A DNA stretch of 64,000 nt, from the NCBI GenBank assembly GCA_002269645.1, contig NIVC01002565.1:1-64000 (forward strand), written 5' to 3'. Below, in pieces: positions 1 to 15,700 of the stretch. Below the pieces are notes generated by a model. The model saw nothing but the letters and a program-made list of their open reading frames with translations, had not been told where the DNA came from and did no database searches. How positions within the stretch are numbered: the first letter of the stretch is position 1; every line of letters begins with the position of its first letter. Position numbers and translations under genes: made by a program. This stretch comes from Macrostomum lignano. Taxonomy: Eukaryota.

Positions 1-315
1 CGTTGGTTGAGTGTCAACATTACTGCAACATTCCTGCAACCTAAATGGCACTAGGGGAATCCTTGACGTTGTAGTTGTATTGCAAATAACGGTCGATTTT
101 CACAATATTTCGATTTCAAAGTAGAAATTTCAATTATTCAAATTTCAATAGAAGTGATAATTTCAATATCTACTTCTATATATGGCCTATTAATCCCTAT
201 CTATACCTTTCTTTCTACTTCGTCTACTTTATCTCCATCTACTTCTACGAGTACAAGCAGACCCTCAATCTAAACCCTTAACAGTAGGAATACCAAGCCA
301 TTTTTCCGCCAGTCG

Positions 316-839
316 AACTACCAAAAGGGGGAAAATCCCCCTGACAATTTCTTTTGCTGCGCCGGAACGGAGCAACGCAGGCACACGAAATTCAAGAACA
401 CGGGTTAACTTTTTGTTGCGCACCTTCTCAAACAAGAATCAAGTCGCCAGCCCTCCGGACCGTCGAGATATTCGGCGATTCTGCCAGAAGGTCGGATTTT
501 TCCCGTAAGCTAGCGCTAGTGTATTCAGTACACTCATGTGCGCCAATCAGCACTGCGCCTCAGTGCAGCCTTGCCAAGCCTCCAAATTTTATCAGCACGT
601 CCACCGCGTGTTTGCATCAGCTCTGATTTTGTTGGTCACTGGCCTTCACCCAGGCGGAGCTTCTGAACCTTCAATAGGTCACCAGGTGACTATGGACACA
701 TTTTCGCAAATTTCTCGAGTTTCGCTAATCAAGCCTCAACAGTGGGGAAGCCTAGACTTAGGCTCCGGTAAGGTTAAGGTAAGATAAGGTTCCGGCGCAT
801 CAAAGAAATTGTCAGAGGGGGATTCCCCTCTTGGTAGTT
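316..839. mobile_element. MITE-like / non-autonomous DNA transposon with ~50-bp imperfect terminal inverted repeats
   Basis: Left end aactaccaaaagggggaaaatccccctgacaatttcttttgctgcgccggaac (316-368) matches the reverse complement of 789-839. No transposase ORF and no clear TSD. Confidence 0.6.
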
Positions 840-2974
840 AATCCGCCCAAGCAAGGTCCATATCTACACACAAATCAACCCTCAAGACTGCATGAAAGCA
901 ACTTCAATTATATTCGTAAGCAGTGTTACAACGATAAAAACCATCTATTTCTGTATAAAACGCAAGGGTTTTGTATGTACATGTATAATGAAAATTATTG
1001 AATTTAATGTACAATAGAAGTACAAGTAGATATTGAAATTAACACGTCGCTTTAGGATACGCGCTTTAGCACATTTCAGCACGCTTTCTACTAGCACTAG
1101 CAAATTTTCTGTCAGAATTATATAGTGACAGTAGTAGTACATGCATAATTTGCGTATTTTTGCGCAAAAATTCTGAAAATCGACCGATAAATCATCACGT
1201 TTACTAATAGTCCTTTGTCTAATTCAAAGATTATCGATATCAAAATCACAAGGCAGATCACCAATAGCATTCCCTCTGAAGACGTACGCTCATAATTTAA
1301 ATCTTCAACTATTTAGCTCATATTAAACTTGACCTCTAGAAAAACAAACATAGGGTTAAAGACAGTAAGTAAATTACCTCGTACACATGTTACCTAGTCT
1401 CAATAATAAAATATATTATGTGCAACGCGCAAGTATACTTACGAGATTTGTGCCTTTTATCATGACAGAAAAGCTGCAGGAGCCTGGACAATTAGAATTT
1501 ATAATTTTTTCGCGCCTGATGCCACATTCAAATCACTATTAAAATAGCTTAAACTTTAGATCAATATACAGATCTTTCCAAAAGTAAGAATCCGAAAACC
1601 GAAAATTTTTTGAATTGTCCGGACATATTATCGTGTAAGCAAAAATGTAAATCAGCTTTTACAGACCACTTAGAATTAAAATTCTTAGCTAATATTCATT
1701 GCCTTAATTTTATAATGGCACTTTTAGCGATATTACTGTATAATTTGTTTTGCTGCAGCCAATTTCATTTTACGGATTTTTAAAGTCATTTTAAACAGCA
1801 TACTTTCACAATGAAGTGACTTCAGCAGTGCCACGATACGCTTCAGCTACTATACTGACTCGTAAAAATGGTCGGCGACTGTTTTGCCCCGCAATGTATC
1901 AATTACTTTTATGAACTAAGTATGCATGAAAATCGAAAGTATTAAAAAATCGAAAAGGCACACATAAGCTACATGTATAAGCTGCCCCGCCTATGTCATT
2001 GTGTTTTTGTAGCACTTTCGATTTTCATGCATATTTATTATCACAATTTATTGATATTATTATTATTTTGTCATATTATTTTTCTTAATAATAATTCTGG
2101 TAATGTATATCATTATTATTACTTTCATTATTTTAAAAAAACTAATTACTTTTATATTATTGTTACTTCTATATATTAGGCTACGTTCGTCAGTGGTTAA
2201 ATAATTAGCCGTTAAATAATTATTTATCCCTTAAAGGAAATACGAGAATATACGCTTATTTCCATGAATCGATATCCATAATTTTGGAGAAAAGTTCGAT
2301 TTTTGCCTTGATTTTAGCAAAAATTCAAATTCTTTTGCAACTTAAAAGTCAACTATACACGTTTTCTTAGGACTTCAATTTAAATCTAACTAGAGTTTAT
2401 TTAAGGAACTGAATTTTTTGCCAAAAAGAACGCTGAAAACTTATGAAAGAATATCAATCGCTGCAAAATATTAATAAACTGGCTAATTTTATTTTTCAAT
2501 GAACTTTCCGAGCAGTGTTGGCTATGTCGCCGTTGCGACAAATTTTGTACTTTCTTAAGCATGCAGTACATTCAGTTTGATTACATTTAAAAAGTAAAAC
2601 TATTGTACCAGTGACAGATTTTATCTACAGTAGTAATAATTATCAGTCCGTAGGACTCTTAAGAATGGCAATTTGGAGCAATACGATTTGAGCTAAAAAA
2701 CTAACACAACGAAAATAGGCAGGTATATATATGACGTAAAACAATTTAGCGGCGGCAACCTCCATACACCAAACCTCCATCCCCGTGGTCGCACAAAGGG
2801 GATTCAACAATAAAATTACAAAATATGGTTTCATATAAGAGCAGCAGGTGTAGAGCAAATCAACTTTGATACTTTCGCTAAAAAAAGCAGAAAATTTTCA
2901 GCTGCATGAAAATATAACAAAAGTTTAAGTTTCTCCCTCGCAGTTCTCAGCTTTGCAGACGAGCTGCAGGGCTC

Positions 2975-5266
<2,292 letters not shown>

Positions 5267-5354
5267 CTGCAGTGAGTTAAGGTGCGATTGAAAGACCAAT
5301 GAATTTATCGGTTGATCTACGAGAGCTTGTAACTGACTCAATGCCAATGTACAG

Positions 5355-5498
5355 GCTCACACAGGGTGTACAGCAGCCCTGACTTTCTAATCGTCAGGCA
5401 TGTGCACTCTCTGTGCCTTGGGTGCTGGCCCTCATGGCTGTGAATGTGGCCGCGCCAGGGGTCGCGACGCGAGAGTTTGACGCGTTACCGCTGAGCTG
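5355..5498 (-). mobile_element. tRNA-derived SINE family B, partial copy
   Basis: gctcacacagggtgtacagcagccctgactttc..gacgcgttaccgctgagctg is nearly identical to 37025-37200. Confidence 0.75.
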
Positions 5499-6504
5499 GT
5501 CTGTCCATCCATCAGTCAAGGATTTCAAAGCCATTATTTGTATCCATAATTTTACGTCTAGTTGAAAACAGCAAAATTTAACGTGTTTTTAAATTCGGTT
5601 TCCTAATTAATTGAAGTTTTTAAATTAAAAATGATCTCATAAAGAACCATTTTAATTGAGCGGAAGGAAGTATCGATTGGAGAAAGGTTGGTATTTCGAA
5701 CTCTTTCAGTAGGTCAACTCAGCCAACGGTCTTTGTAAAGCATTTGCATCCTTTGACTCATTACTAAGCTTTCCAGTTTATTATCCCATTAGGATTGGTT
5801 TCCTCATCCGCAATCCTTCACGCCACTCTGTGGGAATGAGACTGAGGGGTTGCAGGCTCGCTTGTGCAAGCTGCCCGGTGGGCCCTGCACGCACGCACAA
5901 TGTGACTCGCTGGCGCAACCCCCAGGTCCTCCCACCCAGATAAAATAATCACACGCACGCCGACCGGCAGGCCCGAGGAGAAAAATCCTTTACATTCTAA
6001 ACTGATCTCTAGAGGCAAAGCAATGCGGAATTCTCCTACACAGTCCGAGCTTTAGGAGGCTCGAAGGTGCCGCCCCAGGGGGCGCAATTTTTGATTCTCT
6101 CCCCCCCCCCCCTACTTTTTATGGCCGCCCCTTCCCTTCCAAGAGTTAATTCCTTCATCTCGGGAGATTCCATAGGAAATGAAGCCAGCTGTTATCTGGG
6201 AAAGGGTTGGATAAAATTTTCGGATGACTGGGGGTTTAAATACTTAAATATGGCTTCGGGACGCCCTGTGGGATTTGAAGAAATTGGATGAGAATCGATA
6301 GGCATTTGGGATTAAGGATTAGAGATTAAGAGATTAGAAGTGAACAGAAATCCATTAGAAATGTCATCGCACAGCACAGTATTAACCGATATATCCTTTA
6401 AGTTTTTTTGACGCAAGAAGCATTTTAAGCCGTATGGATTGCGAGTCGTTCGAAAAGCCCACAGCCAATTTTCTGTGAACAAGCCCTGAATGATGGTCAC
6501 CTGA

Positions 6505-6572
6505 GCACGGAATCGAATGAATGGTCGGGGTGCGAAAGTCAGACTCGTTTACGGCTGAGCTGCTCTGCCCGT
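6505..6572 (-). mobile_element. SINE family B, degenerate tRNA-like head fragment
   Basis: ggaatcgaa..gtcagactcgtttacggctgagctgctctgccc resembles the head at 37145-37209. Confidence 0.5.
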
Positions 6573-6585
6573 CAATGATTCAGGT

Positions 6586-6848
6586 TGGGTTGGTGAAGAT
6601 TAGGGTTGGTGAAGATTAGGGTTGGTGAAGATTCGGGTTGGTGAAGATTTGGGTTGGTGAAGATTAGGGTTGGTAAAGATTCCGGTTGGTGAAGATTCGG
6701 GTTAGTGAAGATTCGAGTTGGTGAAGATTCGAGTTGGTGAAGATTCGGGTTAGTGAAGATTCGGGTTAGTGAAGATTCGAGTTGGTGAAGATTCGAGTTG
6801 GTGAAGATTCGGGTTAGTGAAGATTCGGGTTGGTGACAATTCGGGTTG
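6586..6848. repeat. 16-bp minisatellite (GGGTTGGTGAAGATTC/A), ~16 copies
   Basis: Direct inspection; same unit as 11018-11400. Confidence 0.95.
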
Positions 6849-8689
6849 ATTCAAATTTCTTACCTCGCTTCACTAAGTTGATCGGCGAGCCCCCAGTGGA
6901 AACGACAGCGTCGGATGCAGCGGCTGTTGTCGATGCCGCCGGCTGCGGCTGCTCACTCGGTCGCTGCCGCTTCTTCAGCGGCCGAGCGGGTGGCTGCTGC
7001 GACCGCGGCAGCGATGCCGACGCCGCCATGGGACCGTCGGGCTCATCAAGCGACTCGTCCGCTGGCGCCGGCCGTTTCCGACCGCAGCCGATGGTCGGGG
7101 CGGCGTTCTCAGAGTCATCCGGAGCTTCGCCTTCGCCACATTGCTGGGAGTTCACCGACGGCAGAGAAGTTGGCCGGAGCTGCAGCAGCTGAGGCCGCAG
7201 ATTCGTGGCGTCGCCCAGTGCATGCAGAGATCCGCCAGATGCAACTTTCTCCATGCGAGAGCCGAGAACTGTTGTCAGATCTGCCCGAAGCTCTGCGACT
7301 CTAGTAGCTTTTGCTTGTCTTGCTTCTAGAAGAGATTGAAGCAAGCCTTCCTGCTTGGACTGGCTTATCCGTTGGATGGCGGGGGGAGGAGGCGAGGCTG
7401 CGGATTGAAGGCGATGGCGCAACTATAAGGGGAATCGGTTGGGGAGAACGGAGGCGGGCAGGGGAGTGGGGTAAGGGATTTGGATAACCGAATGAGAAAG
7501 CGGGCAGGTCGAGGCTAAAATCCCCGGGGCGGCTGACGGTGACGTAACCGGACGCTCCGCGAGCCGGCAGGGTAATCGAAGGATTCAATTGGACAAAGGG
7601 GGCGAGCCTCTGCCTCTCTCTGTCTGCCTGGACCGACGCCTTGTCCAGTTGGGGGTGTTGATGGCGGGTCCGAATAAGAGGATGAAGCCAAGGATGTCGC
7701 GACGAAGGCTCGGAGCTGAAGTGATCGTAGAAAATAAATGGGAGACTGGAAGCAGCTGGAAGACTTTGCTCCAAAATGAGGAATTGACAAGCAAACGAGA
7801 GGAAGAAGAAAGGGAGGTCCAGGAATCGGTCAGTGTAGGAAAGCCTAAAAACTAAGAGATTGCAGATGGTCCGTAACCCAGCCAGGGAGAGGAAAGAGGA
7901 TATAATCTGGGCTGGGGGTTGGTGAGAGGGGAGGCCGGCACCCCAGCGCACTTACTGCCAATCCGCATGGGCATCCGATTACTCAGTGTCTTAGTTCGAT
8001 TCAAGGTTTTCCAGCTTAGCAAAGTCTGGTTCATGCAATATGGAATACTGGATACAGAGTCTGGAATGTGGAAGTTTGCTCTCGGCAGTTTTGCTTTTCT
8101 CGGCAATTTCTTTGGCCTGCTCTTAGCGGCCGCTTACATTTCGAGCAATGCGATGGAATAATAAAATTGTAAGCAATTGTAAGCAAGCTATTTGAGGATT
8201 TAAATGAGACAGACAGTCACGGTCAGGTACAAAGACTGATTGTCACTCCCGATGCTTTATCTAGAACTCCATGACCTGTGGAGGGGAAACTGTGGAGGAA
8301 AAATCTTACAACCAAGGCCCAGGAAATTGCTTCCCACACGAAAGCAACCCCTGTAATTTTAAGCTTCCAGTTCCGTGCACGCTTGGGAAGAAAGGACGCA
8401 ATAGGGATTTCGAGGGGGAGAAGTGAAGCAAGCAAAGCCAGCTTCTTCAACAAAATGTGCCGGGACTGGAGGGGGTGAAAATCCCCGAAGCAAAAAGAAC
8501 GCCGCAACCAATACCGGTAGGGCCATAAACTAAGGATCTGGGGGAGGCTTTGGAGGGGCTGCTTTTAGAAGCAAAGCGCGGCTGTTTCTTCTTCCTGCCA
8601 AGAATCCCTATTGAATAAGCTGGACTAGACAATAATGCTGACCCAAATGCATTCGACGGGCGCAATGCCCAAGCTTATAATCCCCAAGC

Positions 8690-8875
8690 ATCACAGTTCC
8701 CGAATCTCATATTTCCAAATCTCATATCCCCAAATCTCATTTTCCAATCTCATATCCCCAAATCTCGTATCCTCAAATCTCATAACCCCAAATCTCGTAT
8801 TTCCAAATATCATATTCCCAAATATCACATTCCCAAATCTCATATCCCGAAATCCCATATCCCGCAGATCTCATA
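8690..8875. repeat. Degenerate ~15-bp tandem repeat (CCAAATCTCATATxC)
   Basis: Direct inspection. Confidence 0.8.
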
Positions 8876-9624
8876 TGCACTGTTTAGTCTTGTATAGATA
8901 TTCTGCTTTTAGGGAAGGCGGTTTGTACGGCAATTATCACTAAGGGCTTAAAATATTAGAAATATATGCACCAACAAAATTTTGGCACAAATGCGCAGTG
9001 AAAGTAAAACAGTACATCAGTCAGCTTACAGTGCTTCACCGTCCTTCGGAAAGCATCGTAGGTCACATGATCAAGTTCGTACAGAAGCAATCTTGGCCAT
9101 AAACGCAGGTTATTAAGTTCTTACTGTTTCTGTAGATAAGTTCCATTTTTTCAACAGAAGAAATCGCGAACAGCAAATCGATAAAGCCAGTACACAAGTA
9201 TGTACATATTTTGATTCTGCCTTTTAATTTTATGTACAAGAAGTGTACATCTGAACACCTTTTATAGCTGCGATTTTGCATATTCATTCATGCGAGTTAA
9301 TGGCTAACCAAATGATCATTTTGGAGTGAACAAAGAAAAGTACTTTTGGCCAAGGCTAATTAATTGCACATTCAATACACATTTACACCGCTGTCAAAAG
9401 AGAGAGACGTACCACTACACATAGCAGTGCAGTCGGGCCTAACGCAATCAATGTCAACTAGTATAGCATTGATCAGAAGAAGTACTTGACAGCCGTCAAA
9501 TCTATATATGTGCGCTGAAAGTCAGTCTTGAATTAGTTTAAGCAGACTAAACACTGATTTAAACAATCTTAAATCCGAAGAGCATTCGGTGGTAAAATGT
9601 CAGTATCTTTGCCTTTTTGCTTTC

Positions 9625-10025
9625 TTATCTCCCATGCTCTTATCCCTCTCCCTAATCAACTGATCCCTGTACCTAATTCCCTGAGCCCTCTCCATAATCC
9701 CCTGATCCTTCCTTCTCCCTAATCCCCTGATCCTTCTCCCTGATCCCCTGATCCTTCTCCCTAATCCCTGATTCCTCTCCCTAATCCCCTGATCCCTCTC
9801 CCTAATCATCTGATTCCTCTCCCTAATCCCCTGATCCCTCTCCCTAATCCCCTGATCCCTCTCCCTAATCCCACGATCCCTCTCCCTAATCATCTGATCC
9901 CTCTCCCTAATCCACTAATCCCTGTACCTAATTCCCTGATCCCACTCCCTAATCCTTTGATTCCTCTCCCTAATCCTCTGATCCCTCTCCTTCATAATCG
10001 GATCCCTTAATACCCTAATCCCCTG
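9625..10025. repeat. Degenerate ~21-bp tandem repeat (CTCCCTAATCCCCTGATCCCT)
   Basis: Direct inspection. Confidence 0.9.
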
Positions 10026-10894
10026 ACCCTTGTTCGATCTCTCTCCCAATCTGATCAATGTTCCAGCCTCCCTATTCTATCTTCTAACTTCTATCATTGG
10101 TACGATATCGTTCCCCTCATCATCTCGCATCGCACATTTTTAATCCCTACTCATCCACGCAATCATTGATGCAAAATGAAAATGAAAATTGAATTTTATC
10201 AAACAGAAACTGTTAATTTTCGCAGGTTTCTATAGCTTCATCTTGATAGCGCAGACTCGCCATGGAACTCTTTATCTTAACAAGTCAGCACAACCGCAGT
10301 GTAAATTCTGAATATCTTGTTAACAGCGGGGGCACTGGGGTCTGGGGTTCTGTCGCCCAAGATAAGGCAAAGCCGGACCCAACTCTCAACCCTTCAGATT
10401 GAAATGTGTTTTTGCCGCTCAGAACTGTTTGCCCAGTTGCATAATAGCAAGACCGGGGTACGCAGATAAGACCGGCTCCTTCGTGAATTAGTTATACACA
10501 CTCGCTCACCGCAGTGCCATCTGTCTGTCCTGGACATAGTCTGCTTCTGCTTGTAGTAAGAGTTTAGCCCATAGTGGACGGCAGTCAGTCAGTCTATTAA
10601 AGAGATCACCGCTGGGCGACGGGGGGGGGGCAGACGGAGCGATTGTCCAGCACCCCTGCGGCGCCTGTCCGTCAGGAGAAAATCCTGCACGCCCGACACC
10701 GAAATTATTAAGGGAGCTTTGAATAAATAATTTCCGATTAGGGGTGATTTCCTTTTTAATTGTGCTGTGGGAGTTTACTGGTTGGTGAAGATTCGGGTTA
10801 ATATAGTGATAATGCATTCATTGATGTCCCGCAACCATGCAGCGCTGAGGCAATTTTGCGCATTCCGCTGGCTCCTGAGCACATGCAAGCGCCC

Positions 10895-10962
10895 CAATGC
10901 TGTACGCAGGCACGCACTCAGACACACGCTCACACAGGATGTACAGCGGCCCTGACTTTCTA
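10895..10962 (-). mobile_element. SINE family B 3' fragment
   Basis: cgcaggcacgcactcagacacacgctcacacaggatgtacagcggccctgactttc matches 37002-37056. Confidence 0.65.
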
Positions 10963-11017
10963 AGGGTAGGCTCTGCTGAGCTACCTTGCCCCCCCCCTTG
11001 TTTCAGGTTGATTAATA

Positions 11018-11400
11018 TTCGGGTTGGTGAAGATTCCGGTTGGTGAAGATTCAGGTTGGTGAAGATTCGGGTTGGTGAAGATTCCGGTTGGTGAAGATTC
11101 AGGTTAGTGAAGATTCGGGTTGGTGAAGATTTGGGTTGGTGAAGATTCGGGTTGGTGAAGATTCGGGTTGGTGAAGATTCGGGTTGGTGAAGATTCGGGT
11201 TGGTGAAGATTCGGGTTGGTGAAGATTCGGGTTGGTGAAGATTCGGGTTGGTGAAGATTCGGGTTGGTGAAGATTCGGGTTGGTGAAGATTCGGGTTGGT
11301 GAAGATTCGGGTTGGTGAAGATTAGGGTTGGTGAAGATTCGGGTTGGTGAAGATTCGGGTTGATGGCGATTCGAGTTGGTGAAGATTCGTGTTGGTGAGG
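11018..11400. repeat. 16-bp minisatellite (GGGTTGGTGAAGATTC), ~23 copies
   Basis: Direct inspection. Confidence 0.95.
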
Positions 11401-12464
11401 ATTCGCGAAGAATCGGTGGTCAGTATGGTTAGTTTTTCGAATTGACTCCCGGTTGCCATGACCACAAAGGCAAAGTCATGAGATTTTCGAGACTTTCCAT
11501 TCACGCCTGTCGACAAGCCCACACGACGCTTTTGTCCAAGCTCCTAATTAACATATGCAAATTAGTTGAATTTTATCAAAGCAATCGCTCGCGCAGATTT
11601 AGTTTGCGCAGCGCTACATGCTAGGCAATCCCGAATGCGAGATTTTCAAGTTCCGCGGATTATTGTCGCCGACACGCTCACTGACTTCGAACACTCCTAA
11701 GTTTGGTTTGCATGGCAACAAAAGAAAGGTTCCACGCAGATTGGAAATCTGCATAGTTACTCTTTCAGTTTAAATAGTCCTCTTTGTAGGCTCGGGTGTC
11801 CTATAAAGAGAGTTTAGCAAGTACTGGTTGGCTCGGATTACCTGGGTCAAGCACCGTGTGTTAGTTTCTGTGGCGCATAATAGACTGTTGCGCAATAAGA
11901 GCCAGTCAAGGATGACTGTCTCGTACATAGATACTCTTATTCTAACTGGTAAATGGACCTAATTAAAGCGAGGTAGTGTCTCTGAGGTACAAAATTTCCA
12001 CACGTTTCAAGGTACGGATCGCCCCTCACACTCAACCAGGGCGTCCATTTTTATTGCTCGCCGTAATTCAACAGTGCTGGGCTCAATCAGTGTAATAAAT
12101 TCTACACTCTGAGGAAGAGACAACACTGAAAATGTGTCCAATGGATGCACACCAGTGTGTATTGTATATAACTGTAAATAGTATAGGATGCAACCGTAGT
12201 TCATCCAGATGATTTATGAACGCAATGCTCATCTCCATCAGGGCCATCAGTGCTTTTTGCCATTAAAAATGGGGCATCCGTTATCAGTTTTGGCCATCTA
12301 ATACTGTTACTATAGTGGTTGTTGGAGTTGTGACTGCTTTTTTATTGTCCATCTACCTTAGAAATCGATTGAAAATATGGCATCATCGTTTGACCCTTTA
12401 AGTGCTTCACAATGACCAACTAAGCTTGGGCGGTCTAATTGATGGAGAGGAAGACTTCTAAGAG

Positions 12465-12785
12465 ACTACTGGCGCCCCTTGTGCTGGCGCCCCTGGTGCT
12501 GGCGCCCCTTGAGCTGGCGCCCCTGGTGCTGGCGCCCCTGGTGCTGGCGCCCCTGGTGCTGGCGCCCCTTGAGCTGGCGCCCCTGGTGCTGGCGCCCCTT
12601 GAGCTGGCGCCCCTGGTGCTGGCGCCCCTTGTGCTGGCGCCCCTGCTGCTAAAGCCCCTGCTGCCAAAGCCCCTGCTGCTAAAGCCCCTGCTGCTAAAGC
12701 CCCTGCTGCTAAAGCCCCTGCTGCTAAAGTCCCTGCTGCTAAAGCCCCTGCTGCTAAAGCCCCTGCTGCTAAAGCCCCTGTTGCT
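12465..12785. repeat. 15-bp two-phase GC-rich minisatellite (GCGCCCCTGGTGCTG then AAGCCCCTGCTGCTA)
   Basis: Direct inspection; source of the spurious APLVL/KPLLL ORFs. Confidence 0.93.
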
Positions 12786-15700
12786 GTGGTGTTGGCAACC
12801 CTGCTGTCCCTTGGTGGTGGTGCCCTCTAAATGGCGCCTCTGGTACTGACGCCCCTCGCTGGCAACCCACGCTGCATGGCGCCCTTGGCCCCTCCCAAAA
12901 GGCAGCAATCAGTAAAAAATCCTGGTTACGTGTACTATCCTGAGATTGTTTCCATATAAATGCAAAATCCTTATGGCTGTAACCAAAATGCAAAAGTTGG
13001 CCATCATGCAAGCATTCAAACAAATAAGAGTAGTTGTTATACATGTAACATGCGTCGCAGACTAAAACGAAATTCCAACCGCGTACACACCAACACACCG
13101 GTGTTTGCAGTCCACTCTCTCGCCTTCCATACTTTATAATATAATACACATTATACGGCACGTCTATTATGCATTTCCTACTCCGCACGTGTTCTAAAAT
13201 GAAGCTTTAGCCGAGTGGGAAAGTGTGTGTTTGGTGTGTGAATTATTCGCCAAATAGGCAGGTGGGTGGGGCTGCGGTCAGGACCGGACTTTGCGAGATC
13301 AAATTTTTAGCTCTTGTCCACTATATCTCTGTCCACACCTGGCCCCCCTTGTCCGATATAGCTCAAGGTAAAGATCTTTGTTGCTAAGGCTCGGGCCCGT
13401 GCTCACTTCATCTTCATATCGGCCATCTCGGGAATGGAAGAGAAGGCCGGAGGGGATCAGGGCCAGGGGACTGGAAGGGAGGGATATGGCACCGCGTGAG
13501 CTAGAATTATAATAAGTCTAAGAAAGAACCGCACTACTTATTAATTTAATTAGGGTTTCGCCATTCTCCTAGCCCGATTGAAAGCTTCCCACTTAAATGG
13601 GATTGGTAAGCTGTAGGAGGGAACTCGACATTTCCAATTGTTTCATATATTCCGGTCCCATGCCTGGGGGGATTCCTCAGCGGACCCACCTTTCTCAGAG
13701 ATGGAAAATCTGAGATACTAAACACTACTACGTTGCTGTTAAGGAGAAGGTCTTTATGCTCACCCAAGCAGGGGTGGCGATCTGAGCCGAACCACGGACT
13801 ACTATCTACTAGTGGTCCTTGAGCCGAACAAGTCGAGAAAATTCAAAAGCGAGAATTTCTACTATTGTGTTTTCAATTACCCTAACCATGCAACCATTAT
13901 AAAATCAGTCGATCTAAACTAAACTTTGTTGATCGACTAGGTTCCGTGGTCACTCCTGTGCATATATGTACATGTACGCTTTTTCTTTTGATCATACGAG
14001 CTTTTTATATAAATTTTAAATTCATGATTGCTCTCTTGAAAGTTTAAAATTAATTACATTGAGGGCTTGCATACATGTCAGATACATATTTTTCTACAGC
14101 CATCGAGTAAACATCATTTATTCAGCACAAGTAAGCATTTAAAAGTAAATTAAATTATATTCATTTTCCTTCTCTTTAGCTTAGCTTTAGCGAGGGAATT
14201 CCTTATTGATTTTATCCTAAGGTAGCTAAAAAATCACAGTTTCACACAAAATAGTTCTTACTTTAATCTATATAGAAAACCGTATAGTTGCAAATGTTGC
14301 CGTCTTGCCGAAAATGAATATTCTCCCAGATGGAAAATTTGTTATAATATTGTGATTATTAGAAACACGAAAAAACGAAACAACAAATTAAAAAGAGAAC
14401 TCCGTCGTGGATCATGCTGCCATGAACATGTGACATTACACGATATCGGTTTTTGTCATTTTTGACTCATAAAACTGCAAGAATGTAGAGTAGGCCTAAT
14501 AAACTAAGTAAATTAGATTTTTGCTTTACTATTAGATTAAAAAAATGACTTTAATACCATAAGTTTTATTCAGATTCAGTCAATCATTTTTATTGAAATT
14601 TGCTAGGCCTAGGTTATATGCATATACTGGCAAAATTTCTCATGCTCATGTTTAGACACATAATTGACATTATCCTCAAAGCCAAAGACAGTATGGACAA
14701 ATATTAGAAAATCTCATTCAAACAGCATTTTTTAGTTGGTGGCACTTGGTGCATTACATTGTATTTTATTTTCTCTATTTTTGGAGCAAATAGCATGTTA
14801 GATTGTTAAAAACTTAACTATAATCTAAATGGTTTAATTAAAATGTATATGTATATAGTAGGGGCCTATATCTATACAATTCTGCCTAGTTTTATAAATA
14901 GCCCTAGTTAGGGGAAGGGAAACAGGTTACAATTACAACTTACAGGGGCCATAAATTTCTTAAACCTTTTCAAGTGAAGCCTAGTCGCCTAGATTACTTA
15001 CATTTCAGTCATTTGTTATACACTAGGCCCTAAATTTGAGTTGAGTTGATTAGGTTTACTTTTGACTTACACTGGGCCCATGCCAATAATAGGCATCTGC
15101 ATCTCTACATATAAAAATCAAAACTCTGTCCGTCTTATATATATATATAATATTTTATTGTGCATTGTGCATTAATTAATATTAACTAAAGACCCACTAA
15201 AGAATCAACTAGTTAGTCTAGACCTAGGATCTAATGGTGGTTATTTTTATACCAAAAAATAATAAAAAATATTTTGATATTTAAAAATGTTTTATACATT
15301 GGCAATGCCCTCATTTTCTATTTTTAATTATTTTTTTACTAGTTGTTCTTCATTTTTAATGCAGCATAGCTAGATAATACAAGTACCTAAAACTATAGTA
15401 CTTCTTACCAAATTGTAGCCATTGTGTTACCTAGGATAGACATTTTTATTGACAACTACCAAGCATACAATGCATTTTCTAACTACATATTTATCAATCA
15501 CTGTTTATAATCTACATTTTTATTTGTTCTAAATAGCATAGGCCTAACTATACTATATATACAAACATCTATATAAAGGCACCTAGATATACATGAAAAT
15601 GGAATTTCATAGCTGGCATAGTACTAGTGACACTTTGAATTCCTACTAATTTCCTCTAATATCAAATCTACCTTGAGAAGTGCTTTACCTCATTAGTTTA

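Noticed and set aside
7301-8665. DIRS/tyrosine-recombinase or other retroelement coding remnant (also 54008-54540)
   Set aside because: No RT, RNase H, methyltransferase or YR catalytic motif found by eye.
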